The notes beneath the pieces are model-generated. The model was given only the letters and a program-made list of their open reading frames with translations. It searched no databases and was not told where the DNA came from. This document shows positions 36,120 to 47,100 of a stretch of DNA of 64,000 bases, in pieces (the stretch's first letter is position 1; each line of letters opens with the position of its first letter). Source of the DNA: Prorocentrum cordatum (Eukaryota); contig CAUYUJ010000126.1 in NCBI GenBank assembly GCA_963575745.1, positions 310,001 through 374,000 on the forward strand. The letters run 5' to 3'. The position numbers were made by a program, and so were the translations under genes.

Positions 36120-37205
36120 ATGTGCCCAAATCGGTGCGGCGGGCGCATGCGAGCGCAGCCACTTGGGCCGTCGGTGGACCTGCCATTGGGACCACGAAGC
36201 GTGGGCGCCGTGTACCAAAATAGGTGCGGTGGGCGCATGCGAACGCAGCCACTGGGGCCGTCGGTGGGGCTGCCTGTGAGGCCGCGAAGCATGTGATGGG
36301 TGTGCCAAAGTGGGCGCCGTGGAAGAATGCGAACGCAACCAGTGGGGCTGGTGGAGCTCGCTATGGGGCCGCGAAAAGTGCGAGGGTGTGCCAGGATGGG
36401 TGCCGTGGCCGCACGCGAACGCAGCCACTGGGGCCGTCGGTGGAGCTCTCGATGGGACCACGACACGTGCAAGGGGTGTGCCAGAATGGGTGCGGTGGAA
36501 GCATACGGACACAGTACAGCCACTGGGACTTCGGTGGAGTTGCCTATGGGGCCACGAAACGTGTCAGGGGTGTGCCACAAAGGGTGCGGTGGAAGCATGC
36601 GAACCCAGCCACTGGGGCCGTCGGTGGAGCTCCCTGTGGGGCCGCGAAACGTGTGAGGATGTACCAACATGGGCGCGGTAGGCGCATGCGAACGCAGCCG
36701 CTGGGGCCGTTGGTGGAGCTGCCCATGGGGCCACGAAGCGTGCGAGGGGCGTACCAAAATAGCTGCGGTGGGCGCATGCGAACGCAGCCACTGGGACTAC
36801 GGTGGAGTTGCCTATGGGGCCACGGAGCGTGTAAAGGGCGTGCCAAAATGGGTGCGGTGGGCGCATGCGAACGCAGCCACTCGGGACTACCGTGGAGTTG
36901 CCTATGGGGACACGGAGCGTGTAAGGGGTGTGCCAAAAAGGGGGGCGGTGGGCGCATGCGAACGCAGCCACTGGGGCCTTCCGTGGAGCTGCCAATGGGG
37001 CCACGAAGCGTGTGATGGGTGTGCCAAAATGGGTGCGGTGGGCGCATGCGAACGCAACCACTCCAGCCTTCGGTGGAGCTGCCTATGGGGGCGCGAAGCG
37101 TGCGAGCGGGTGTGCCGAAATGGGTGCGGTGGGCGCATGCGAACGCAGCCACTCGGGCCTTCGGTGGAGCTCTCTGTGGGGGCACGAAACGTGTGAGGGT
37201 GCAAG
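36120..37205 (+). repeat. ~90-bp minisatellite, about 12 diverged copies
   Basis: The unit gtgccaaaatgggtgcggtgggcgcatgcgaacgcagccactggggccgtcggtggagctgcctatggggccacgaagcgtgt starts at ~36122, 36212, 36302, 36388, 36478, 36572, 36661, 36751, 36840, 36930, 37021 and 37112. Confidence 0.92.
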
Positions 37206-37559
37206 GGATGGGAGGAGCGGGAGGAGGGAGAAGGGAGAGGATGAGGGGAAGAGGAGGAGGAGGAAGGAGACGCGGGGCGCTGTCTCAATTCAAAACGAGG
37301 ACCCAACACCACAGGATGGTTGGGAAAAAATGAAGCGGGCCGTTTTGGGTAGTTTTCGGCCTCCAGTGGCCCTCGCCAGGCCCCAAGATCGTCAACATAA
37401 TGACGCAGGAAGAAAAACAGGCCTGGGGAAGTGCACCTCCGATGCTCACGCATCGAAAAAACTGCAGCAGCTGGATGTCTGGGAGGGGGGTCCCGCTGCT
37501 GGAGACTCCAGAAGCCTCCCAAATGGGGTCGGAGCAGATGGAATCGGAAGATCGCGCCG

Positions 37560-37685
37560 CGTCGCCAATGCATCGCCGATGCATCGGCGATGCACCGGTG
37601 ACGTCGGCGATGCATCGGCGACGTCGGCATCGAGAAAATCGCGCTCCACATCGAGCCGCATCGCCGATGCATCGGCGATGCGGGG
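37560..37685. repeat. Nested palindromes ATCGCCGATGCATCGGCGAT
   Basis: The self-complementary motif is repeated several times. Related atcggcg...cgccgatagatcgg blocks occur at ~6835-6895, ~12490-12520, ~35060-35120 and ~38205-38260. Confidence 0.75.
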
Positions 37686-38289
37686 CGATCCTCCGATCCC
37701 ATCCACTTGGACCCCATCTGGGAGGCCTAGATCCTTGGGAATCCCAAGCCAGTGCGGTGACAAACCATGCGTCGACCTCGAAATTCAAAAGACTTCACCG
37801 CACGGTCCGTCCGTCACCGCACTGGTTTGGGACCCTGGAGGCCCCAATCGCCCGAGACGTCCTCGGAAAACCATCCAAAAACCCAAAACGTGCGGTCACC
37901 CCGAATCCGCACTGATTCGCCACACGGCGTGGTCACTGCACCGTTCGAGGCCCCCCGATTCCTCCACGGATCTCTGTGACGGGGCAAAAGGAGCTCCAGA
38001 GCCGACGCGCGCCAGCGAGAAGTCGGGGCGCTGGGGGTTCACATGAGTGATCGGTGCACCGCCCTGCGGTTGTTCAAGATGGGGCCCTCAGGGATGGGGC
38101 CCGATGGGAACGGACCCCGAGCTGAACTTGCCCTGTTCGAGGGCCCTCGTCCTTGGGCCCCCATCCCTCAGGGGGAACGAGCAGGGGGGACGGGCTCAGG
38201 GGGGGAAGCATCGACCTGAAATCGGCGATGCATCGCCGATAGATCGGAGACAGGCCCCCGACACCGAACCGCATGTTCCTGGGCGGGGC

Positions 38290-39504
38290 TTCTTCTCCTC
38301 CTCCTCCTCCACCTCCTCCGCCTCTTCCTCCTCCTCCTCCTTTTCCTCCTCCTCCTCCTCCTCCTCCTCCTCCTCCTCCTCCTCCTCCTCCCCCTCCTCC
38401 TCCTCGCCCTCCTCGCCCTCCTCGCCCTCCTCGCCCTCCTCGCCGTCCTCCTCCTCCTCCTCCTCCTCCTCCTCCTCCTCCCCCTCCTCACCCTCCTCAT
38501 CCTCCTCCTCCTCCTCCTCCTCCTCTTCTTCGTCTTCTAGTTGTTAGTATTATTATTATGATTATCATTTTTCTGATTATTATCATTATTAGTAATATTA
38601 TTGTTATTAATATTATTAATATTAGTATTATTATTATTATTGTTAGTATTATTATTATTATTATTTGTATTATTTGTATTATTATTATTATGAGTAATAA
38701 TAATAATAGTAGTAGTAGTATCATTGTTATCATTATTATCAGCCTTGTCATTATTATTCGTATTATTAGTACTATTATTATCATTCGTATTATTATCATT
38801 ATTATTATTAGTATTATTATTATTGATACTATTATTAATATTATTGTCATTAGTATTGTCATTAGTAGTATTATTATTATTAGTATTATTATTAGTATTA
38901 TTACTAGTATTATTATTACTAGTATTACCAGTATTATTGGTATTAGTATTCTTATTAATAATAAAAATATGGTATTATCATTGTTATCATTATTATCATT
39001 ATTATTAGTATTATTAGTACTATTGTTATTAGTAGTATTATTATTATTGTTCGTATTATTAGTATTATTATCATTATTTCTATTATTAGTATTATTACTA
39101 TTAGTATTACTATTATTACTAGTAGTATTATTTATATTAATATTGTTGCTACTATTAGTAGCATAGTATTATTATTACTACTACTACTACTATTATGGAT
39201 ATTATTATTATTAATAATATTATTATATTTAATATTATTAGTATTATTATTATCCTCCCCCTCCTCCTCCTCCTCCTCCTCCTCCTCCCCATCCCCTCCT
39301 CCTACCCCTCCTCCTCCTCCTCCTCCTCCTCCTCCTCCTCCTCCTCCTCCTCTTCCCCCCTCCCTCCTCCCCCTCCCCCTCCTCTCCCTCCTCCGCCTCC
39401 TCCTCCTCCCCTCCTCCTCCTCCTCCTCGTCCCCCTCCTCCTCCTTGTCCTCCTCCTCCCTCCTCCTCCTCCTCCCTCCTCCCCTCCTCCTCCTCCTCCT
39501 CCTC

Positions 39505-39535
<31 letters not shown>

Positions 39536-40214
39536 TCCTCCCCCTCCTCCTCCTCCTCCTCTCTCTCCTCCTCCTCCTCCTCCTCCTCCTCCTCCTCCTC
39601 CTCCTTCCTCCTCCTCCTCCTCCTCCTCCTCCTCCTCCTCCTCCTCCTCCTCCTCCTCCTCCTCCTCCTCCTCCTCCTCCTCCTCCTCCTCCTCCTCCTC
39701 CTCCTCCTCCTCCTCCTCCTCCTCCTCCTCCTCCCTCCTCCTCCTCCTCCTCCTCCTCCTCCTCTCCTCCTCCTCCTCCTCCTCCTCCTCCTCCTCCTCC
39801 TCCTCCTCCTCCTCCTCCTCCTCCTCCTCCTCCTCTCCTCCTCCTCCTCCTCCTCCTCCTCCTCTCCTCCTCCCTCCTCCTCCTCCTCCTCTCCTCCTCC
39901 TCCTCCTCCTCCTCCTCCTCCTCCTCCTCCTCCTCTCCTCCTCCTCCTCTCCTCCTCCTCCTCCTCCTCCTCCTCCCCTCCTCTCCTCCTCCTCCTCCTC
40001 CTCCTCGTCCTCTCTCCTCCTCCTCCTCCTCCTCCTCCTCCTCCTCCTCCTCCTCCTCCTCCTCCTCCTCCTCCTCTCCTTCCCCCCCCCCCCCTCGCTC
40101 CTCCCCCCCCCCGCCCCCCCTCCTCCTCCTCCTCCTCCTCCTCCTCCTCCCTCTTCCTCCTCTCCTCCTCCTCCTCCTCCTCCTCCTCCTCCTCCTCCTC
40201 CTCCTCCTCCTCCT
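38290..40214 (+). repeat. Compound microsatellite: (CCT)n, then (TAT/TAG)n, then (CCT)n
   Basis: CCT at 38290-38535, AT-rich TAT at 38540-39253 and CCT at 39254-40214, all directly visible. Confidence 0.95.
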
Positions 40215-40236
40215 TCCGTAGCCATTTTGGCTCAAG
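40215..40236 (+). other. Genomic dinoflagellate spliced-leader sequence (DinoSL, 22 nt) at the 5' end of LINE-3
   Basis: TCCGTAGCCATTTTGGCTCAAG is an exact match to the DinoSL consensus DCCGTAGCCATTTTGGCTCAAG. It is followed by ATG rather than a GT donor or SL-RNA intron, so it is a retro-integrated leader and not an SL RNA gene. Confidence 0.93.
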
Positions 40237-40373
40237 ATGCTCCGTTCCACAGGGGAACAAGTGGATACCGCTAGTCCGCGGCCAGTGCCAGGGCGATTCT
40301 GCCCGACAGTCTTGTTTCCGACCCTTTTGGCCCTGTGGCTGGCCTCGTTGCTCTCCCAAGCAGGCGAGGGACC

Positions 40374-41447
40374 ATGGCGCCTGGGGGCCGCGGCGGTGGC
40401 GGTGAGACCAAGCCCGACTGGTACTGCCTTTTCTGCAAGTACGAGCGTGGGCCCAAGATCGGCATGCCGTGCATCACGTTCGGCACCAAGCAGCTCTGCC
40501 ACTTCTGTGGAGGCGCCAAGGACCGCACCTTCCTGGGCCATGTCCGTGGGGAGGAGGGTCTGCGCCGCGGCCACAGTGGGACCTCGGGGGCTGGTGGTGG
40601 CGCAGGCGCCGGCGCCGCTGGGCAACACCCTGCGATGCAGAGGGAGCTCACCAGGCTGCGTGAGGAGCTCAAGACCCTGCGCGCGGAGGGCAAGAAGGGC
40701 CCCGTGGCGGAGGCGCCCAGTGGTGCCGACGCCGAGGAGGGCGCTGAGGGAGGAGACGAGCAGCGCAAGATCGAACATCTTGATTGCCAGCTACGGGTGC
40801 TGCGAGGCCCCCCCGACCCAGGGAAAGAAATTCTCGACACAATCGAGCAGCTGGCGGCTCAGCGGCAGGTCTTGGCGGAGCAGGTGCGCGCCAAGAAGCC
40901 CGTTGTCGCGCAGCTGCTCACACTCCAGAAGAAGCTCAAGTCCAAGCAGGACGCTATCGGCAGGCAGGATGCGGCGGTGGCCAAGGCGCAGGAGGCAGTC
41001 ACCGCGGCGCAGGCTGCGTTGGAGGCCGAGCGTGAGAAGGGCACGAAGCTGCGTGCTGATGCTGCCGAGCTGGAGGAGCAGGCGCGGGCGCTCAGCGCCC
41101 AGGTGCCCAAGCCCCCCGATGCGAAGGAGTCCGCGGGGGCCCCAGGTGGCGCGCCGAACCTCGATGGCTTGGCTGACCTCCTCAGGGAGCTTGGGGCGTC
41201 GGGCGAAGTCACGGAGAAGTTCTTGGCCCACCCCAAGATCGCGGCGTCTTTCTGCCCTAGGGCTGCGACGCGCGCGCGGCCTGCTGGCGATGGGGATCCT
41301 GGCGGCGTGGCGGCGACGCCGCCTGACGCCAAGAGACTGCGCACGGCGGCGGACAAGGCGCCCCTCGAGCAGCTGCGGGACAGCATCGCGGCCGCTGGAG
41401 TCCAGGCCCCCACCGAGGAAGCGGAGATCAGGGCCAAGGCGCACTAG
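40374..41447 (+). CDS. LINE ORF1 (gag-like): N-terminal W-x-CxxC...CxxC zinc finger (RanBP2-like) plus coiled coil, 357 aa
   Basis: Start context ACCATGG. Zn motif DWYCLFC...CHFCG. Heptad-rich segments ELTRLREELKTLR and LLTLQKKLKSKQDAI...LEEQARAL. GC3-rich codon usage. It lies upstream of the APE-RT frame. Confidence 0.8.
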   Translation: MAPGGRGGGGETKPDWYCLFCKYERGPKIGMPCITFGTKQLCHFCGGAKDRTFLGHVRGEEGLRRGHSGTSGAGGGAGAGAAGQHPAMQRELTRLREELKTLRAEGKKGPVAEAPSGADAEEGAEGGDEQRKIEHLDCQLRVLRGPPDPGKEILDTIEQLAAQRQVLAEQVRAKKPVVAQLLTLQKKLKSKQDAIGRQDAAVAKAQEAVTAAQAALEAEREKGTKLRADAAELEEQARALSAQVPKPPDAKESAGAPGGAPNLDGLADLLRELGASGEVTEKFLAHPKIAASFCPRAATRARPAGDGDPGGVAATPPDAKRLRTAADKAPLEQLRDSIAAAGVQAPTEEAEIRAKAH

Positions 41448-41535
41448 ATCGCTGCGGCTGCCAGTGCTTGGGCCTACCGTGCCTACTAGGCGCCAGGTGC
41501 CGAGGCTTTGGTTGTTCTGGAGTACCATACTCAGT

Positions 41536-43615
41536 ATGATGATGGGAGTATCTGGTAATACTAAGTACGGTGGCAGTGCGGACACTGTCAAAGGGGTGCT
41601 GACCACGGTCAATGTTTCATGTGCGAGAGGGCTCACTGAGTACCTCGCGGAGGACCCGAAGGGCGACATCTTCGGCGTGCAGGAGCACCGCGTCTTGGGT
41701 GACAAGCTGTGCTCCCTGCAGGACCAGGTGAAGGACCTGGGTTTCCATGGTCTGTGGGCCCCAGGAGTGGCCGCAGGTGGAGGCCCGCTGGATGTCTCGA
41801 GCGGCGTCGCGCTCCTCGCGCGCTACGTCATCCCTGTGACGGCGCCGCCCTTCACGCCCTCCCACGTCCTGGAGGTGGCGCGTGTGTTGGCGGGCCACGT
41901 GCACTGGGGCGTGAAGGGTGGCATCATCGCTGTGGTGGTCTACTTGAGGCACTCAGTAGGCATGGGCGAGGATAACTCGGACACGGTCCACGAGCTGCAG
42001 CGCTACCTCAGGGTGCTCAACGCGCGTGGGCTGGACTGGGTCGCCATGGGCGACTGGAACATGGAGCTCGAGGGGCTGAAAGGCGCCATGGCTTGAGCAG
42101 GTGCGGGGCGTCCCGATCGTCCCGTCTGGGCCGACCTGCTGGCAGACGGTGGAGGGCCCCCGCCTGGACTACCTCATCGTGGCGCCGAACCTGGACCCGA
42201 GGCTAGGCGAGGCATGGGTCGCGACGGATGCGGCTCTGCACCCGCGCGTCCCCGCGCACGTGAACCTGGCCACGGTCGACCGCGAGGCCCTTGTCATGGT
42301 CGCCGTCGAGCCGAGGGGGTTCACTGCGGTGCCGCCAGTGGGCGAAGCGCCTTTTCCTCATGACCGAGGGTGGCTGGCGGCGCTGCAGCAGGTCCCCGCG
42401 GCGGAGGAGCCTGGCCTCCTGGCGCAGGCGTGGGGCGCGGTCGTCGGCATGGCGGAGGCCGAGCTCTGCAGCCGCTGGTACCTCGCGGGGGTGGAGAGGC
42501 GGCAGCACACTGGCAGGGCGGGCGAGCCTGTCTTCAAGCTTGTCCAGCCGACGTGGCAGCCGCCGAGACGGAGGAAGCTGTGCGACCCGATAGTCAGCGC
42601 CCACATGGTGGCGGCAAGGTGGGCTCGGCATCTGGATGCTGCGCGCGCGCGATTGGTCAAGTTGCTCGGGTGCGACCTGGATGACCGCATCGAGAGGGCC
42701 GTGGACCTCATCCTCGAGACCCACCGCTACTACGGCAACGTGGCGAAGTCGCAGCGCGTGCTCAGCCAGCTCTCGGATGGCGTCGCGCAGTGGCTCTTGG
42801 GTGGCGCGGGCCAGATGAGCAAGAGGATGTGGACCGCCCAGGTCGAGAAGATCGTGGCGGAGGCCGAGCGGCTCACCAGGCGCTACAATGGCGAGCGGGA
42901 GAAGGAGTGGCGCGCGTGGGCGGCCAAGAGCCTCGCAGGCGGGGCGGGCGCTGCGCACCGCTTCACGAGGCTACCTCCTGAGGCTGAGGTCCGTGGAGCC
43001 ACCACGCGGGCTAGCCCGCGCCAGCTGGCGGACCGCGAGCTCGATGGATGGAGGGGCGCGTGGGCCGTCCACGAGCAGGGCGCCCTGGAGAAGCCCCCTG
43101 ACTTTGACGACTGGGCCGAACTCCCGCGGATGAGCGCCGGCCACCTCAGACGCGCGGCGCTTCGTTTCAAGGAGCGCACCGCGGTGGGCCAGGCGGGCAT
43201 TGCACCACGGGCCCTCTGGCACCTCAGCGACATAGGCCTTTACGTGCTGTCGGCGCTCTTCAGCCAGCGCGAGAAGTTGGGGGCATGGCCGACCGACAGG
43301 GTGCACACAGCGCTGGTGCGCCTGCCCAAGGCGAGTGGAGGGTGCAGGCTGATTGCCCCTGTGAACTCTTTCCTCCGTCTGTGGGCGAAGGCGCGCTCGA
43401 CGATTTCGCGGGCCTGGCTCGACCAGGCAGAAGTGCCCAATCTCTGGGGCGCAGGTGGAGCTGGCAGGACCTCGACGGCGGCGGCGTTCCACCGCAACCT
43501 GACGGCGGAGATCATGAACATCAACGGAGGACACAGCGTCACTGTGCTCCTAGATGCATGGAAGGCGTTCGACTGCTTGATTGGAGGCAGACTGCTGGAC
43601 GAGGCTCGAGCGATG
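41536..43615 (+). pseudogene. LINE ORF2 N-terminal part: apurinic-type endonuclease and RT domains 0-3, with a frameshift at ~42085-42100
   Basis: APE motifs: LTTVNV, IFGVQEH, SGVALL, VVVYL, MGDWN and, after the shift, RLDYLIV. RT motifs: LVRLPKASGGCRLIA, RLWAKAR, LLDAWKAFD. Confidence 0.87.
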
Positions 43616-44183
43616 GGGCCAGTGATTTCGCTCTTAGCCACATCGCCTCGTTTTTTTTCGAGATTCTCCTGAGGCAGGGGATCCAGCGTTGGCAAATGCG
43701 CCAGATTGCCGCTCACCACGATGCCGCCACGCCTCTTTGGCCGCGAGGCCTGCGAGCTTGCGCGGGCGGGAAGGGGGCGGCGGTGACTGGGGCGGGGAGG
43801 GTCGGAGCTCTGCGCAGTCTGTGGTCTGGCTCTCTCTGGCCGAAAGCTAAGTTGTATAGCAAAGGAATGTGTGATGATCAGAAGTGTCGAGCGTGCCCGC
43901 ACGAGGCTGAGACGCTTGGCCATTGTTTCGTTGAGTGCCCAGCGTTGACGCAGCGCTTGTTAGACGATGAGGAAGATTGTGGTCTTGATCCCAAATTGGC
44001 CGCAGCTCGCGACACCATGTTGGAGCACGGGCCGATTGGGGAAGGCCGCCAGGATGTTGATTATGTTGCCCTCTCGGTCGGGATCCCCAGGTGGCCCAAG
44101 GTTGAAGTGCCGCAGCCTCCTGAGTCGCCTCCTTGTTTCTTTTGGGGAGATTGGGAGTCGGATCCCGAACAATGGAGTGTTTT
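43616..44183 (+). pseudogene. LINE ORF2 post-RT region with CxxC-H-C zinc finger, cut at the start of RNase H
   Basis: SPRFF.EILLRQGIQR resembles LINE-1 SPKFFTLLLRGSVVR. Zn finger CRAC...ETLGHCFVECPAL. The frame ends at WSVF, where LINE-1 has HVFTDGS. Confidence 0.75.
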
Positions 44184-47100
44184 TTCTCCACATCCTGAGT
44201 GGGGTTCTTGTTTTCCCAGAACACCCTCTCCTTCCCACCCACCTCCCGCTCCATCTTCCATACAGCACAATATTATTCCGACCGCACACACCATACCATA
44301 CCATAGTTCCTACCACACATACCATACCATACCTCCCACCTCTCCAGGGAGGCCCCGCCTGAGCGAGGAGGGTATCCGCAAACCATACTATTTACATGGT
44401 TTCGTGCCCCTCCCACCTCTCCACGGAGGCCCCGCCTGAGCGAGGAGGGTATCGGAATACCATACTATTTACATGGTTTCGTGCCCCTCCCACACCTCCA
44501 GGGAGGCCCCGCCTGAGCGAGGAGGGTATCCGGAAACCATACTATTTACATGGTTTCGTGCCCCTCCCACCCCTCCAGGGAGGCCCCGCCTGAGCGAGGA
44601 GGGTATCGGAAACCATACTATTTACATGGTTTCGTGCCCCTCCCACCTCTCCAGGGAGGCCCCGCCTGAGCGAGGAGGGTATCCGAAACCATACTATTTA
44701 CATGGTTTCGTGCCCCTCCCACACCTCCAGGGAGGCCCCGCCTGAGCGAGGAGGGTATCGGAATACCATACTATTTACATGGTTTCGTGCCCCTCCCACC
44801 CCTCCAGGGAGGCCCCGCCTGAGCGAGGAGGGTATCGGAATACCATATTATTTACATGGTTTCGTGCCCCTCCCACCCCTCCAGGGAGGCCCCGCCTGAG
44901 CGAGGAGGGTATCGGAAACCATACTATTTACATGGTTTCGTGCCCCTCCCACCCTCCAGGGAGGCCCCGCCTGAACGAGGAGGGTATCGGAATACCATAC
45001 TATTTACATGGTTTCGTGCCCCTCCCACCCCTCCAGGGAGGCCCCGCCTGAGCGAGGAGGGTATCCGCAAACCATACTATTTACATGGTTGCGTGCCCCT
45101 CCCACCCCTCCAAGGAGGCCCCGCCTGAGCGAGGAAGGTATCGGAACACCATACTATTTACATGGTTTCGTGTCCCCCCTCCACTCCTCCAGGGAGGCCG
45201 CGCTTGAACGAGGAGGGTCGCGGAAAGTATTACTCTTCGCCAGGTTTCGTAGCCCTCCCCCCTTCCAGCGGGGCCCCGCCAAAGCGAGGAGGGCATCAAG
45301 AAAATGTGTCCCACGAGACCGTTAATCTCTTTATGTGGGGAACTCCGTTCGCATAATTTTCCCCACGTCCTGAGTGGGGTTCTTGTTTTCCCATAACACC
45401 CTCTCCTTCCCACCCACCTCCCGCTCCATCTTCCATACAGCACAATATTATTCCTACCACACACACCATACCATATCATAGTTCCTACCACACATACCAT
45501 ACCATACCATACCATACCATACCACCCACACATTCCTACCACACATTTCTACCACACATTCCAGGGAGGCCCCGCCTGAACGAGGATGGTATCGGAATAC
45601 CATACTATTTACCTGGTGTCGTGCCCCTCACACCCTTCCCATATCACACCAATGCCACACCGTACCATGCCATACCATACCTCCAGTACCATACCATACC
45701 ATATCATACCATACCGTACCATACCATACCTACCATATATTTACATGGTTTCGTGCCCCTCCCACCCCTCCAGGGAGGCCCCGCCTGAGCGAGGAGGGTA
45801 TCGGAATACCATACTATTTACATGGTTTCGTGCCCCTCCCAACCCTCCAGGGAGGCCCCGCCTGAGCGAGGAGGGTATCGGAATACCATACTATTTACAT
45901 GGTTTCGTGCCCCTCCCACCCCTCCAGGGAGGCCCCGCCTGAGCGAGGAGGGTATCGGAATACCATACTATTTACATGGTTTCGTGCCCCTCCCACCCCT
46001 CCAGGGAGGCCCCGCCTGAGCGAGGAAGGTATCGGAATACCATACTATTTACATGGTTTCGTGCCCCTCCCACCCCTCCAGGGAGGCCCCGCCTGAGCGA
46101 GGAGGGTATCGGAAAACCATAATATTTACATGGTTTCGTGCCCCTCCCACCCCTCCAGGGAGGCCCCGCCTGAGCGAGGAGGGTATCGGAATACCATACT
46201 ATTTACATGGTTTCGTGCCCCTCCCACCCCTCCAGGGAGGCCCCGCCTGAGCGAGGAGGGTATCGGAATACCATACTATTTACATGGTTTCGTGCCCCTC
46301 CCACCCCTCCAGGGAGGCCCCGCCTGAGCGAGGAGGGTATCGGAATACCATACTATTTGCATGGTTTCGTGCCCCTCCCACCCCTCCAGGGAGGCCCCGC
46401 CTGAGCGAGGAGGGTATCGGAATACCATAATATTTACATGGTTTCGTGCCCCTCCCACCCCTGCAGGGAGGCCCCGCCTGAGCGAGGAGGGTATCGGAAT
46501 ACCATACTATTTACATGGTTTCGTGCCCCTCCCACCCCTCCAGGGAGGCCCCGCCTGAGCGAGGAGGGTATCGGAATACCATACTATTTACTTGGTTTCG
46601 TGCCCCTCCCACCCCTCCAGGGAGGCCCCGCCTGAGCGAGGAGGGTATCGGAATACCATACTATTTACATGGTTTCGTGCCCCTCCCACCCCTCCAGGGA
46701 GGCCCCGCCTGAGCGAGTAGGGTATCGGAATACCATACTATTTACATGGTTTCGTGCCCCTCCCACCCCTCCAGGGAGGCCCCGCCTGAGCGAGGAGGGT
46801 ATCGGAATACCATACTATTTACATGGTTTCGTGCCCCTCCCACCCCTCCAGGGAGGCCCCGCCTGAGCGAGGAGGGTATCGGAATACCATACTATTTACA
46901 TGGTTTCGTGCCCCTCCCACCCCTCCAGGGAGGCCCCGCCTGAGCGAGGAGGGTATCGGAATACCATACTATTTACATGGTTTCGTGCCCCTCCCACCCC
47001 TCCAGGGAGGCCCCGCCTGAGCGAGGAGGGTATCGGAATACCATACTATTTACATGGTTTCGTGCCCCTCCCACCCCTCCAGGGAGGCCCCGCCTGAGCG

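Larger units (their letters stand above)
40215..44183 (+). mobile_element. SL-capped LINE retrotransposon (LINE-3), internally deleted and interrupted at its 3' end
   Basis: The order is DinoSL, 137-nt 5' UTR, ORF1, then ORF2 (APE, RT N-half, Zn finger). It ends where a satellite-bearing element begins. Confidence 0.88.

Noticed and set aside
36840..37035. gccaaaatgg in the 90-bp repeat as reverse-strand SL relics
   Set aside because: Only about 10 nt match (CCATTTTGGC). The flanking bases disagree with DinoSL and the segment varies between units.
40215..40300. SL RNA gene
   Set aside because: The leader is followed by ATG and the LINE UTR, not by a GT donor, short intron and T-tract.
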